NCBI GenBank assembly: GCA_963760795.1
Contig: CAVXEP010000017.1
Span: 64,001-128,000 of the forward strand
DNA: 64,000 bases
Source: an uncultured delta proteobacterium
GTDB taxonomy: Bacteria > Desulfobacterota > Binatia > UBA9968
Reading direction: 5' to 3'
Positions 19,612-29,551 of the stretch are shown one piece after another. The position numbers and the translations under genes were made by a program. Below the pieces are notes generated by a model, which did no database searches, had not been told where the DNA came from, and saw only the letters and a program-made list of their open reading frames with translations. Every line of letters begins with the position of its first letter. Positions within the stretch are counted from its first letter, which is position 1.

Positions 19612-20385
19612 TTAAAGCTGCAGATGGCTGCCGCCGGTGATGAGAATATGGCTGCCGGTCAGCATGCTGGCCTCATCGCCGGCGAGAAATGCGATCGCGC
19701 CGGCGACATCTTCCGGGTAGAGATGCTTTTTCAGTGGCCGGGTTTCTTTGACACGCTCGCGGAATGCCTCCGGCATGATCATCGAAGCATCGGTCAGCGT
19801 GAACGCGGGAGTTACGACATTGACGGCAATCCCCAGCGGGCCGAGCTCAATAGCCATCGTGTTGGCCATCGATTCCAACGCCGATTTGGCCGCCGCGTAG
19901 GCGCCCATGCGCGGCAACGGTTGCTGCGCCAAGCGGGTGCTGACAACGATGATCTTGCCGGCCTTTTTCTCTTTCATATCCGGCAAGCAGGCTTGCACAC
20001 AGTGATAAAACGCCGACAGTTCATGGTCGATCGCCTGGTGAAACTTTTCCCAGGCGATTTCATGCAGCGGGCTAACTTGAAATGGAAAGTAAGCATTATT
20101 GACCAGCACGTCGATGGCGCCGAGTTTATCTTTGACAGCGTTGACCATCGAATCGATCTGCACCCGCTGCGTGACATCGGCCTGAAAGATCATGCCGCGG
20201 GCGCCGGCGGCTTCCACTTGGCCAAGAACCTTTTGCGCCGCTTGCTGGTTTTGATGGTAATTGACGACCACCGCCGCGCCGCCCTGGGCTAGTCGAATCG
20301 CTGCCGCCGCGCCGATGCCCCGGCTCGCGCCGGTAACCAGCGCGATTTTGCCATGAAGTGTGGGGAGCTTTTTCTCTTCTGCCAT
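19612..20385 (-). CDS. SDR family oxidoreductase
   Basis: TGASRGIG, VLVNNA, YAAAK catalytic motif. Confidence 0.92.
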   Translation of the reverse strand: MAEEKKLPTLHGKIALVTGASRGIGAAAAIRLAQGGAAVVVNYHQNQQAAQKVLGQVEAAGARGMIFQADVTQRVQIDSMVNAVKDKLGAIDVLVNNAYFPFQVSPLHEIAWEKFHQAIDHELSAFYHCVQACLPDMKEKKAGKIIVVSTRLAQQPLPRMGAYAAAKSALESMANTMAIELGPLGIAVNVVTPAFTLTDASMIMPEAFRERVKETRPLKKHLYPEDVAGAIAFLAGDEASMLTGSHILITGGSHLQL

Positions 20386-20397
20386 GGCCCGGCCAGA

Positions 20398-21879
20398 CTA
20401 GATCGCGACCTTATCTTCCGCCGCGCCCTTTTCGTATTTGGCGGCGTTGTTTTTGAACGATTCGAATTTCATCCGCACGTAAGGCGAGGTGTAGCCATTC
20501 AAGATGCGCTCGATGCGGCCCGGCTTGCTGTAAAAAGACTGAAAGGCCCAGCCCGTCAACTCACCCAACTGCTGGCGCGTCAGGTGCTTAGTCGGCATGA
20601 CGCTATGCTCCAAATCGTAAAGACTCAGATTGTCGACTTCGATGATGTTGTTCTTCACCGCCGCTTTGTAGATCGGCGAGCCGGGGATCGGATTGAGCAC
20701 TTGAATCATGACGATATCAGGATCGATTTCGTCGACCGCTTTGGCGCGCTGGCGAACCTTCGCTTCGTCGTCCTCCCAAAAGCCGTTGAGATAGGTCGAG
20801 ATGGTGGAAATATCGTTCTTGCGCAGGAACTGAATTAGTTCTTTCAACTCTTTGACACCGACTTTCATCGGTCCCTTGCGCGCTTCGGCGATCTCTTCGT
20901 CCGTGCCGCCGTCGATGCCGATCAACACTTGATACAAACCGACTTTGCGCAGCCGCGGCACCAGGTCCATGTCGCGAATCAAGTTCTGCGCCCGGCTGAG
21001 CATGAACCAGCTCATGTCTAACTTTTTCTCTTCCAACGCTTCGACCAAGTCGACCATTTTCTGCCGGTCGGAGTTGAAGTCATCGTCCATGAAGGTCAGC
21101 GCTTTGACGCCGTAGGTCTTGTTTAACAGTTCCATTTCATCGGCGACTCGCTTGCCGCCTTTAGTGCGGTGCGAGCTGAAATCCCGTGGATTGCGCTGGT
21201 CGACCAGCCACCACTCGTAGCAGAAATGACAAGCACCCTCGCATCCCCGAGAAGTCACCGATTCGTTGTAATTGGGTATCACCGAATAACCATAATACTT
21301 GTCCATCGGAAACAAATCGTAGGCTGGCAGGGGCAGGTCATCGAGATTGGCAATTACTGGCCGCGGCGGGGTCAGCACCACCTCGCCATTCTTTCGGTAT
21401 GCCAAGCCCTTAATAGCGCTGAAATCAGGCGCAGGTTTTTTCAGTTCCTCCAACAACTCCCCAACCGCATGTTCATTGTCGGCAAACACCCCGACAATCG
21501 CGAAGTCGAGTTGCGGATTATCGGTCATGATCTTCTGCGGCACCGCGGTGTACATCAAACCGCCGCCGATGGTGACGGTTTGCGGAGCGATTTCCTTGAT
21601 TTTTTGCATCGCCGCATGAAAGCGGTTGAGCGTCGCGGCGCCGCCCGCCGCGGCGATCATGGCGCCGAAGAACACCGCATCCGGCCGCTGCCGCTTCACC
21701 TCGTCGATCATCTGGTCGTCGTTCAACCCCAGCGCGCGGCAGTCGAGGACCGCCACCTCCGCGGCTTTTTTCTCGCGGATAAATGCCGCGACCTGGGCGT
21801 GCAACGAGTTGACGGCCAAATGACGGTCGCCCCACGGCGCCCAGTTGCCCATAGGGGGCGTGATAAAGAGGAGTTTCAT
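20398..21879 (-). CDS. Cobalamin-binding radical SAM protein (BchE/class B methylase superfamily)
   Basis: N-terminal B12-binding-like domain (VLDCRA, TIGGG, IKGLAYR, DDLPLPAYDLFPM), TSRGCEGACHFC CxxxCxxC, FMDDDF, PIPGSPIY; RBS ggag. Confidence 0.9.
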   Translation of the reverse strand: MKLLFITPPMGNWAPWGDRHLAVNSLHAQVAAFIREKKAAEVAVLDCRALGLNDDQMIDEVKRQRPDAVFFGAMIAAAGGAATLNRFHAAMQKIKEIAPQTVTIGGGLMYTAVPQKIMTDNPQLDFAIVGVFADNEHAVGELLEELKKPAPDFSAIKGLAYRKNGEVVLTPPRPVIANLDDLPLPAYDLFPMDKYYGYSVIPNYNESVTSRGCEGACHFCYEWWLVDQRNPRDFSSHRTKGGKRVADEMELLNKTYGVKALTFMDDDFNSDRQKMVDLVEALEEKKLDMSWFMLSRAQNLIRDMDLVPRLRKVGLYQVLIGIDGGTDEEIAEARKGPMKVGVKELKELIQFLRKNDISTISTYLNGFWEDDEAKVRQRAKAVDEIDPDIVMIQVLNPIPGSPIYKAAVKNNIIEVDNLSLYDLEHSVMPTKHLTRQQLGELTGWAFQSFYSKPGRIERILNGYTSPYVRMKFESFKNNAAKYEKGAAEDKVAI

Positions 21880-22108
21880 GTTATCTCCTGGTACCGGCGG
21901 GATTAGTTTCAATCAAAGTATTTAATAGGTTAACGATTGTCAAGATGAGCCGCCGAGAGTATCGGCGACGGACGGTTAAATCCTCGATAGAAATATTGGC
22001 TAACTGGAGATCATTAATCAGTTGACAACCTCCGACCCTTTTGGTACTGCTGCCGAAGCTAGGCGTCGGTAACAAGAACTTAATAGAAACCCCACAAAGG
22101 AGACCGTT

Positions 22109-22954
22109 ATGGCTCAAGGCGTGCAACAAGAAGAACAATTAATGGATATACGCGTCGCTGAATCGTCGGCGGCGTATAAGTTTTATCTCAATCAGGAAAA
22201 AAAGATTCTCGGTAGTTCCGCGGTGATTCTTTTCCTGTTGACTTGGGAGACCATCGGCAACTGGGCTGGACTTATTAACCCGATGTTCATGAGTGCGCCT
22301 TCGCTGGTGGGCAAGGCGGCCTGGCAAATGTTTGCCTCTGGGGAGATTTACAACGATCTCTATATCAGCGGCATTGAGTTCTTCTGGGGCTACCTTCTGT
22401 CTGTCATTTTTGCGATCCCCTTCGGCATCGCCATCGGCTGGTACAAGCGTTTCGCATACGTTTGCGATCCCTTTGTCAACGCCATGAATGCCACACCACG
22501 CGTTGCCCTGTTACCACTGGTCATCATCTGGCTGGGCATCGGCATCCTGTCCAAGGTCGGCATCATCTTTTTGGGCGCGGTGTTTCCGCTGCTGATCAAC
22601 ACCCGTGACGGTGTCAAAACCACTCCGGCAAACTTGCTCACTGCCGCCAGAAGCTTTGGCGCGTCGGAATGGCAGATCTTCAAATCCGTCGTATTGCCGT
22701 CCACCGTGCCGTTCATTCTGACCGGCTTACGCCTTGCCGTCGGCCGCGCACTCATCGGTGTCATGGTCGGCGAGCTTTACGCCGCAACCGCCGGCATCGG
22801 CTTCATGATTACGGTCGCCGGCGCGACCTTCCAAACCGATAAAGTTTTCGTCGGCGTCTTGATTTTCGCCATCAGCGGTATGACCCTGACCGAAGTCATC
22901 GACCGTTACGAACGTCGGTTCGACAAGTGGCGTCCCAAAGTCGGCGCTGAATAA
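22109..22954 (+). CDS. ABC transporter permease (SsuC/TauC-like)
   Basis: Multiple TM segments, ARSFGAS EAA-loop, PFILTGLRLA, VGEL..GIG; RBS aaggag. Confidence 0.9.
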   Translation: MAQGVQQEEQLMDIRVAESSAAYKFYLNQEKKILGSSAVILFLLTWETIGNWAGLINPMFMSAPSLVGKAAWQMFASGEIYNDLYISGIEFFWGYLLSVIFAIPFGIAIGWYKRFAYVCDPFVNAMNATPRVALLPLVIIWLGIGILSKVGIIFLGAVFPLLINTRDGVKTTPANLLTAARSFGASEWQIFKSVVLPSTVPFILTGLRLAVGRALIGVMVGELYAATAGIGFMITVAGATFQTDKVFVGVLIFAISGMTLTEVIDRYERRFDKWRPKVGAE

Positions 22955-22984
22955 GAGAGATCCGACATTAACCGGCTTTAATCC

Positions 22985-23021
22985 AAAATGGCGCTTGGCA
23001 CTACCAAGCGCCATTTTTTTT
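22985..23021 (+). terminator. Rho-independent terminator
   Basis: AAAATGGCGCTTGG-cacta-CCAAGCGCCATTTT stem followed by a T run. Confidence 0.85.
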
Positions 23022-23136
23022 GCCCGACTGGTTTATGAGGTAATAGAGATACCTCGCCAATGACGTTGCCTCGCCGCAGTATTTTCTATACGATCCCCGC
23101 ACTTCTCCCAGCTCAGTCAAAATCGATGGAGGCCCG

Positions 23137-25860
23137 ATGCGCAGACTCGGCGGCGTGACAATATTAATATTTGTTCTTGTCGTAATGTTCTTTCGCCAGG
23201 CAATCGGGCTGTATGTCGATTGGTTGTGGTTCCAGGACGTTGGCTACGGCCCGCTCTTTGGAACGATCTTATTTTATAAGTTCGCACTTGGCGCTTCTGC
23301 CGGCACGCTTCTCGCGTTGCTCATTTACGTCAATTTGAAGATCGCCTCTTCGTCAACGGGCGGATTTCGCTACTCCAGCGCGGAAAACATTATCGAGCTG
23401 CCGCCACCGGAACTGATCGATCCAATTCTTAAGCGGCTGCTTCTGCCCGGCGCCCTGCTCGTCGGCCTCATGGCCGCGCCCCAAGGGGCGGCCAATTGGG
23501 AACAACTCTCGCTGTTTGTCAACTCGACATCGTTCAATCTGCAAGATCCCCAGTTTGGCCGCGATGTCGGTTTTTATGTGTTTGTTTTGCCCTGGCTGCA
23601 AATTGTCTATCACTGGGCGATTTTCGCCATCGGTGTCACCGCGGTTGCCAGCGCCGCTGTCTACTTGGTCTATCGGGGCATTGAGTACACAGCACGCGGC
23701 CTTTTTCTCGGCGAACGCGCGCGCAGTCATCTGTTGATCTTGTTGGGTTTGTTTCTATTGATCAAAGCCTGCGGTTACTACCTAGACGCCTTCGATCTGT
23801 TGCATTCGCCGCGCGGCGTTTCCTTCGGCGCGAGCTATGCCGACATCTATGGCACCCTTCCAGCGCTCCGCGTGCTGACGTTTCTGGCACTCATTGCGGC
23901 GGCGCTCTGCTTTGTGCAGATAGCCCGCACCGGCTATAAATTCGTCTTCCTCGGCGTTGGCGCCTTGGTGGCAGTCCACTTATTGGGTCTCAATGCTTAT
24001 CCGACGCTCTTGCAACGCTTCCGTGTCACGCCCAATGAAATCGAGGCGGAACGGTCGTTCATCGAGCGCACCATTAAATTCACCCGGCTCGCCTTTGGCC
24101 TGGATAAGATTGAAACCAAGGAGTTTCCCGCCGATGAGCAGTTAACAGCCGCCGACTTGAAGCGCAATGAATCGACCATCAGTAATATCCGCCTATGGGA
24201 CCATCGGCCGCTCCTGACCAGCTACGCCCAGCTCCAGGAGATCCGGCCTTATTACAAGTTCATCGATGTCGACAATGACCGTTACATCATCGACGGCACC
24301 TTTCGGCAGGTGATGTTGTCCGCTCGCGAGCTGTCACATCGCCATTTGCAAAGTCAAAACTGGATCAACGAGCATCTGACTTTCACCCATGGCCATGGCG
24401 TGGTCTTTGGACCGGTGAATCAGGTGACCTCCAGTGGTCAGCCCGAGTTTTTCATCAAAGATATTCCGCCGCTGGCGACCACTTCGCTGAAAATCACCCG
24501 CCCCGAGATCTACTACGGCGAACTCGCCAATGAGTATGTACTCGTCCAGACCAAATCCCAGGAATTGGACTACCCCTCTGGCGATCAGAATATATACACC
24601 ACATACAAAGGAAAAGGCGGCGTGGCGATCGGCAGCTTCTGGCGCAAGTTGGTTTTCGCGGCGCACCATACGTCCATGCGCATCCTGCTATCCCAGGATC
24701 TCACCGGCGAAAGCCGGATACTTTTCCATCAGAAGATCCAGGAGCGGGTGAAGAAAATCGCGCCGTTTGTCACCTTCGATACTGACGCCTATATCGTCAT
24801 CGCCCAAGGCGGCAGGTTATTCTGGATTATTGACGGCTATACCAATTCGGCCCGCTATCCCTATTCCGCACCACTGAGCCGGCAAGGGATGAATTATATT
24901 CGCAACTCCGTCAAGGCGGTCGTCGACGCCTATAACGGCACGGTGGAATTTTATCTGAGCGATCCAGCGGATCCGATCATTCAGTCGTTCGCCAAGACTT
25001 TCCCGCAAGTGTTTAAACCTCTCGAAACCATGCCCGAGGATCTGCGCGCCCATGTGCGTTATCCCCAGGATCTCTTCACGATCCAAGCCCATGTCTATGC
25101 CACCTACCATATGCAGGACCCACAGGTCTTTTTTAACAAGGAGGATCTCCTGAGCATCCCGCGGCGCACGATAGAAGGCCGCGAGCGCGATATGGAGCCC
25201 TACTACACGATCATGCGCCTGCCAGGAGAGGAGAAGGAAGAATTCATTCTGCTCTTACCGTTCACGCCGAATAAACGCGACAACATGCGCTCCTGGCTGG
25301 CGGCGCGCAGCGATGGAAAAAACTACGGCAAGTTAACCGCGCTGGAATTTCCCAAAGCGAAATTGGTCTATGGCCCCAAACAGATTGATGCGCGCATCGA
25401 CCAGGATACCATCATCTCCCAACAATTGACGCTGTGGAGCCAGCGCGGCTCGCAGGTGCTCCGCGGCAGCCTACTCGCCATCCCCATCGAGAAGTCCTTG
25501 CTCTACGTGCAGCCGCTCTATTTGGCCGCGGACCAAGGCTCATTGCCGGAATTGAAACGGGTAATTGTCGCCTTCGGTAACCGCATCACTATGGAAGAAA
25601 CGCTCGATCAAGCCCTGCAAAGCATCTTTGGCGCTAAGCCAGCGGTGGCGCCAGAGGCGCTGCCACAGCCCGCCAGTGCAGCGGTATTGCCACCGCCCGT
25701 CAAAGGGGATCCATCGCTATCGCGCCAGGCGTTGGATCATTTCCAGCGCTCCCAGGAACTACTCAAACAAGGCAACTGGGCTGGCTATGGCGAGGAGCTG
25801 AAGAAAGTCGAGGCCCTGCTCAAAGAAATGCAAAAGGGCCGTGAGTCCGAGGCGAAATAA
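23137..25860 (+). CDS. UPF0182 family membrane protein
   Basis: DWLWF, DPQFGRDVGFYVF.LP, NIRLWD, QEIRPYY, YIRNSVKAVVDAYNG, HVRYPQDLF, EPYYTIM, PELKRVIV. Confidence 0.92.
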   Translation: MRRLGGVTILIFVLVVMFFRQAIGLYVDWLWFQDVGYGPLFGTILFYKFALGASAGTLLALLIYVNLKIASSSTGGFRYSSAENIIELPPPELIDPILKRLLLPGALLVGLMAAPQGAANWEQLSLFVNSTSFNLQDPQFGRDVGFYVFVLPWLQIVYHWAIFAIGVTAVASAAVYLVYRGIEYTARGLFLGERARSHLLILLGLFLLIKACGYYLDAFDLLHSPRGVSFGASYADIYGTLPALRVLTFLALIAAALCFVQIARTGYKFVFLGVGALVAVHLLGLNAYPTLLQRFRVTPNEIEAERSFIERTIKFTRLAFGLDKIETKEFPADEQLTAADLKRNESTISNIRLWDHRPLLTSYAQLQEIRPYYKFIDVDNDRYIIDGTFRQVMLSARELSHRHLQSQNWINEHLTFTHGHGVVFGPVNQVTSSGQPEFFIKDIPPLATTSLKITRPEIYYGELANEYVLVQTKSQELDYPSGDQNIYTTYKGKGGVAIGSFWRKLVFAAHHTSMRILLSQDLTGESRILFHQKIQERVKKIAPFVTFDTDAYIVIAQGGRLFWIIDGYTNSARYPYSAPLSRQGMNYIRNSVKAVVDAYNGTVEFYLSDPADPIIQSFAKTFPQVFKPLETMPEDLRAHVRYPQDLFTIQAHVYATYHMQDPQVFFNKEDLLSIPRRTIEGRERDMEPYYTIMRLPGEEKEEFILLLPFTPNKRDNMRSWLAARSDGKNYGKLTALEFPKAKLVYGPKQIDARIDQDTIISQQLTLWSQRGSQVLRGSLLAIPIEKSLLYVQPLYLAADQGSLPELKRVIVAFGNRITMEETLDQALQSIFGAKPAVAPEALPQPASAAVLPPPVKGDPSLSRQALDHFQRSQELLKQGNWAGYGEELKKVEALLKEMQKGRESEAK

Positions 25861-25881
25861 GATCGTAGAACCACACAGCGT

Positions 25882-27870
25882 TCAGCCTATGTGCGGGTTA
25901 GTGTGGTAGCGGCCACTGACAAGCAGATCCTCGGCGCTACGCAAGATCGCTAAGCCGTCTTCGGTCCGCTCTGCCTGCGTTGCGCTCATCGCCATTTCTG
26001 ACCATGGCGTGCCACGAGCCGCGCGCTCATAAGCAATCCGGTCGCCGGACTCGCGCAGGACAATCAGCTCACGATCCGTGACCATGCCGTAGCGCTTCTT
26101 GTTGTAAATCACCATGGCGGCCGGAGCTTCGGCTGGCTCCTTGAGCACATCGCGGCCGAAAAATGTGCTGCGGTATGCGCCGCCGACCATGCCCATGACC
26201 GTCGGCGGTAAGTCCATCTGACTGGTTACCGCGCCGATGCGCCCCGCCGCGATATGTTTCGGCGCCAGGAACAAAGCCGGGACGATGTATTCGTCGATGG
26301 GGATGAGCTCATTGCCGCGCAAGTGCACGCCATGATCGCCGACAAAGACAAATAACGTATCATCGAAGTAGGGCGCCTGGCGCGCCGCGCGAATAAATTG
26401 ACCGACACAGAAGTCGGCATAGAGAAAGTTATTCAACTCGGCGAGCTCAAAGCCGGGCGGCACCCTGGTATCAGCGCCAAGTGGTTTAATCTTGCCCGCC
26501 GGGAATTGCCAGGGCGAGTGCAGCGATACCGTCAACAGGGTGGCAAAAAACGGCTTCCCCGCTTCATGGTAACGGCGAAATTCCTCGCCGGCCCGTTCAA
26601 AGAGATCTTCATCCGACACACCCCAAGGGCTTTTGTAGTGCGGCGCGGAGAAATCTTTTTCCTCGATAAAGCGATCGAAGCCGTTACCGAGAAAGAAAGC
26701 CAGCATGTGATCGAAAATCCCCTGGCCGCCGTAGAAAAAACTCGTCGCATAACCGCGCTCACGCAGCACACTCGCCAAGGTCAAAAAATTTTGCCGCGCC
26801 TGCGGCCGTTTGACCACCCCTTCGCCGGGAAGTGGTGGAAACGAACAGACCGCGGCTTCGAGGCCTTGGATGGTTCGCTCTCCGGTGGCGTAGCAGCGTT
26901 CCAACAGCAGGCCTTCTTCAGCGAGTTTGTCTAGTTCCGGTGAAAGCGCCGGCACACCGCCAAGACATCCGGTCAGCCCTCCGGTAAAACTCTCCATCAC
27001 GACTAACACCACGTTGAGCGGCGCGGCCTTCGCCGCATTGGTAATTCGCCGCACCAGAGGATTCGGCCCGTCGTCGGTGAATTGACAGCCCTCAGCTAAA
27101 ATTTTGCGGGACCGCTCAATCGCTCGCTCGGCGGATGGTAGTTGGGTCACGCTCTTAAGCGCCGTGAATTCATTTTTAGCGCGTTGACTCCACTCGTAGA
27201 GCAGATTGAAAATCCCGCAACAGGCGATCTCGTTGGCGATCCGATTGGTTGTAAACGACGCCAGACTGGGATTGAGCGGCCGATGATCGAAGGTGCCGCG
27301 GCTAGCGAAGCCGACGACAAGAAGCCAGAGTAGAGTCATAACGCGATCCGACAACCACAGGAAATCACTTCTGGCGTTGCCCTCCGCCACTGGAGCTAGA
27401 AACTGTACCGCAATCACTGCCAACCAAGCGCCGATCCCGCTCAGCAAGAAAATGCGCACTAAGGGATAGGCTTTGGCGACGGTCTTGAGCACCTCGCGAT
27501 CGGCTCCATGTTCGAAGACCAGATAATTGGGTCGGAAATCATAAAAGCGAAAGAAGAAACTGCCGGCGATCTCGGCGAAAAATAGTGTGAAGTAAAGAAC
27601 GCTGAGGTAGAGCCCAAAGAAAAACTGACTTGCAACAAGGAGATCGCCAGGCAACGTCAGCGCGGCAACCACCAGCGGCAGGCAGCCTCGGCTGACGATC
27701 ACGGCGTCCAACCGGAAACCGATCCAAAATAGTTTTAACTTTTGCCGGCGGTTCAGCTCTTTGACATCGGCGCGCCGTTCCCAATAGAGCCACAGGCGAA
27801 ACCCGGTCAAAATGAGCGCGGCAACAAGGCAAATGGCGACGGCTAAGGTCGTGCGCGGCAGTTCAAACAT
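25882..27870 (-). CDS. LTA synthase/MdoB-like membrane sulfatase-fold phosphotransferase
   Basis: N-terminal TM region (GFRLD), NVVLVVMES, ATGERT (catalytic Thr), LTVSLHSP, FVGDHG. Confidence 0.88.
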   Translation of the reverse strand: MFELPRTTLAVAICLVAALILTGFRLWLYWERRADVKELNRRQKLKLFWIGFRLDAVIVSRGCLPLVVAALTLPGDLLVASQFFFGLYLSVLYFTLFFAEIAGSFFFRFYDFRPNYLVFEHGADREVLKTVAKAYPLVRIFLLSGIGAWLAVIAVQFLAPVAEGNARSDFLWLSDRVMTLLWLLVVGFASRGTFDHRPLNPSLASFTTNRIANEIACCGIFNLLYEWSQRAKNEFTALKSVTQLPSAERAIERSRKILAEGCQFTDDGPNPLVRRITNAAKAAPLNVVLVVMESFTGGLTGCLGGVPALSPELDKLAEEGLLLERCYATGERTIQGLEAAVCSFPPLPGEGVVKRPQARQNFLTLASVLRERGYATSFFYGGQGIFDHMLAFFLGNGFDRFIEEKDFSAPHYKSPWGVSDEDLFERAGEEFRRYHEAGKPFFATLLTVSLHSPWQFPAGKIKPLGADTRVPPGFELAELNNFLYADFCVGQFIRAARQAPYFDDTLFVFVGDHGVHLRGNELIPIDEYIVPALFLAPKHIAAGRIGAVTSQMDLPPTVMGMVGGAYRSTFFGRDVLKEPAEAPAAMVIYNKKRYGMVTDRELIVLRESGDRIAYERAARGTPWSEMAMSATQAERTEDGLAILRSAEDLLVSGRYHTNPHIG

Positions 27871-27895
27871 CTGGCTGGTGCGAGCTCCGAGCTAT

Positions 27896-29293
27896 TTACA
27901 TGCCAAACAGCGAAAAAAACAACCGTGCCCGCTCGGCGATAGTGAGAGGAGCGACGACATTCCAAAAATTGATGACGGCGAAAAAAGTCCAAACGCAGGC
28001 GATGCGTCGCAGGCTGCGTAACTTGCTCGCTGACTCGGTTTGCGCCGCTGGCGGCCGGCTGCGTTGGCGCTGTTGGCGTAGCATCGAGATGGCGATGCCG
28101 GCAGCAAGCAAGGCGCAATAGATCAAGCGCGCCCCCAGTAGCGACCAGAGTCTATGCCAGTCGCCGGCAACCAATTGCTCTTTGTGCTGCAAGAGGTGAT
28201 AGTACATGTTGCCGACGAAGGCCGCGGCAAAAACCGCGGCGACTAGCCGCAACATCGGTGAGTGACGAAAGTAGCGCGCGTAGAGCGGCAGAAAGAAGCT
28301 CTCCATCATCAACTCTTTGAAATAGTAATAATAGCGGTTCCAGAACTCTACGACAGTTTGCGCCAGTAGCGGCTTGTAAGTATTGCGAAAAATATTGAAG
28401 CCAAACAGCCGGATCACGCCGACCCAGACATGCCCCTTGGCCGCCAGCGAAAGCGTCTCCCAGACCAGCTCCAGATAAAGGCTGAACCATACTTGGACCA
28501 GCGGGAACGCCAGTTGTCTGCTGAGGATTTGCTTCACCCGCGGCAGACCGAAAGTGTAATCATAAAACAGCGCGCTGAAAGGACTTTTCGGATCGCCGTA
28601 TATCAGGGCCGCGATCAGTTCCAAAACTACCTTCCACAACGCCACCAGGAGCAAGAGCTTAAACCCGCCGAGTATCGTCCGCGCATAGCTGTCCGGCGTC
28701 TGCGCCACGGTGCGCGACAAATAATCATGACCCTTTGCCAGGAGGCGTATTGGTGCCATCCCAGATCGGCCAAATGTAAAATAAGTGATCGCGAAAACGG
28801 CTGTTTTGCGCTTTGCCGCGTTGACCCGACAAAAGCATGTAGCCCGTACGCCAGATCAAGTAGGGAAACGATAGCGCAATCACTGATAGAACCGCGACGA
28901 CGAATCCATCACTGGGCGGCAAACCACAGCAACGCGAGGAGCAGCCAGAAAATTAAATGAAAAAATATTTGTGGCCGGCGGCGCATCATCGGCGGCAACT
29001 GCTTGAAACGTAACCGTGGCGAGATAAAGAGCGAAAAGAGACCGAGCAGAATCAAGAAACGCCAGACCATGCACTAACCAAGGCGCCAGGGCGCGATAGT
29101 CGTGCCATTTCGCGTTGCGGCTAAAGATGCCGACCAGCCCGGCGACTATAGCGCCGAAAAAAAGCATCGATTTGCGTCGTTCCGGCGTCAGCCAAATCAC
29201 CCAGGGTTGGCCGCTCAGCCAGGCGATCAACCGGTCATTTTCATGGAATTGCGAAATACTTCGGTAAGCCGTACGCAGGGCGGTGAGATTCAT
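27896..29293 (-). CDS. Divergent MBOAT-family membrane acyltransferase (several frameshifts)
   Basis: LFGFNIFRNTYKPLLAQTVVEFWNRY resembles the MBOAT N-F-x-P...FW motif; GNMYYH gives a putative catalytic His; hydrophobic fragments in frames 28880-29293, 28725-28922 and 27896-28759; ATG overlaps the carrier-protein stop. Confidence 0.7.
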
Positions 29294-29551
29294 GACGCCG
29301 CTTCGCGGGCAATTAAATCGAGGATGGAATTGACCGAGCGCAGATCTTCCGGGTCGATGCCTCGCTCGCTGAAGTCGACTCCATAGGACCTGCTCCAAGT
29401 AGGTGACGATCTGCAGCAGCGCCAACGAATCGATCAAACCAGACTCGACCAGGCCGGACTGTTCGTCGATGGCCGCGTGCGCATAATCTGGTCTTTGGAT
29501 CGTCCGTAAAAAATCGATCAGCTCTTGTCGGCTTCGTTCCCGGTCCGTCAT
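29290..29551 (-). CDS. Acyl/aminoacyl carrier protein (DltC-like); frameshift near 29389
   Basis: LVESGLIDSLALLQIVTYLEQ phosphopantetheine motif; the corrected frame continues SYGVDFSERGIDPEDLRSVNSILDLI to TGA. Confidence 0.85.

Noticed and set aside
20398-21879. Calling the radical SAM gene bchE and the methyltransferase bchU (photosynthesis)
   Set aside because: Only superfamily-level resemblance is visible, and no chelatase, reductase or reaction-centre genes occur in the window.
21880-22108. RiPP precursor peptide for the B12 radical SAM enzyme
   Set aside because: The short ORF 21881-22138 overlaps both neighbours' starts and has no leader/core character; the region looks like a divergent promoter.
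28880-29551. Apparent carrier protein-membrane protein fusion ORF
   Set aside because: One extra base near 29389; the corrected carrier protein stops at 29290, overlapping the MBOAT ATG.
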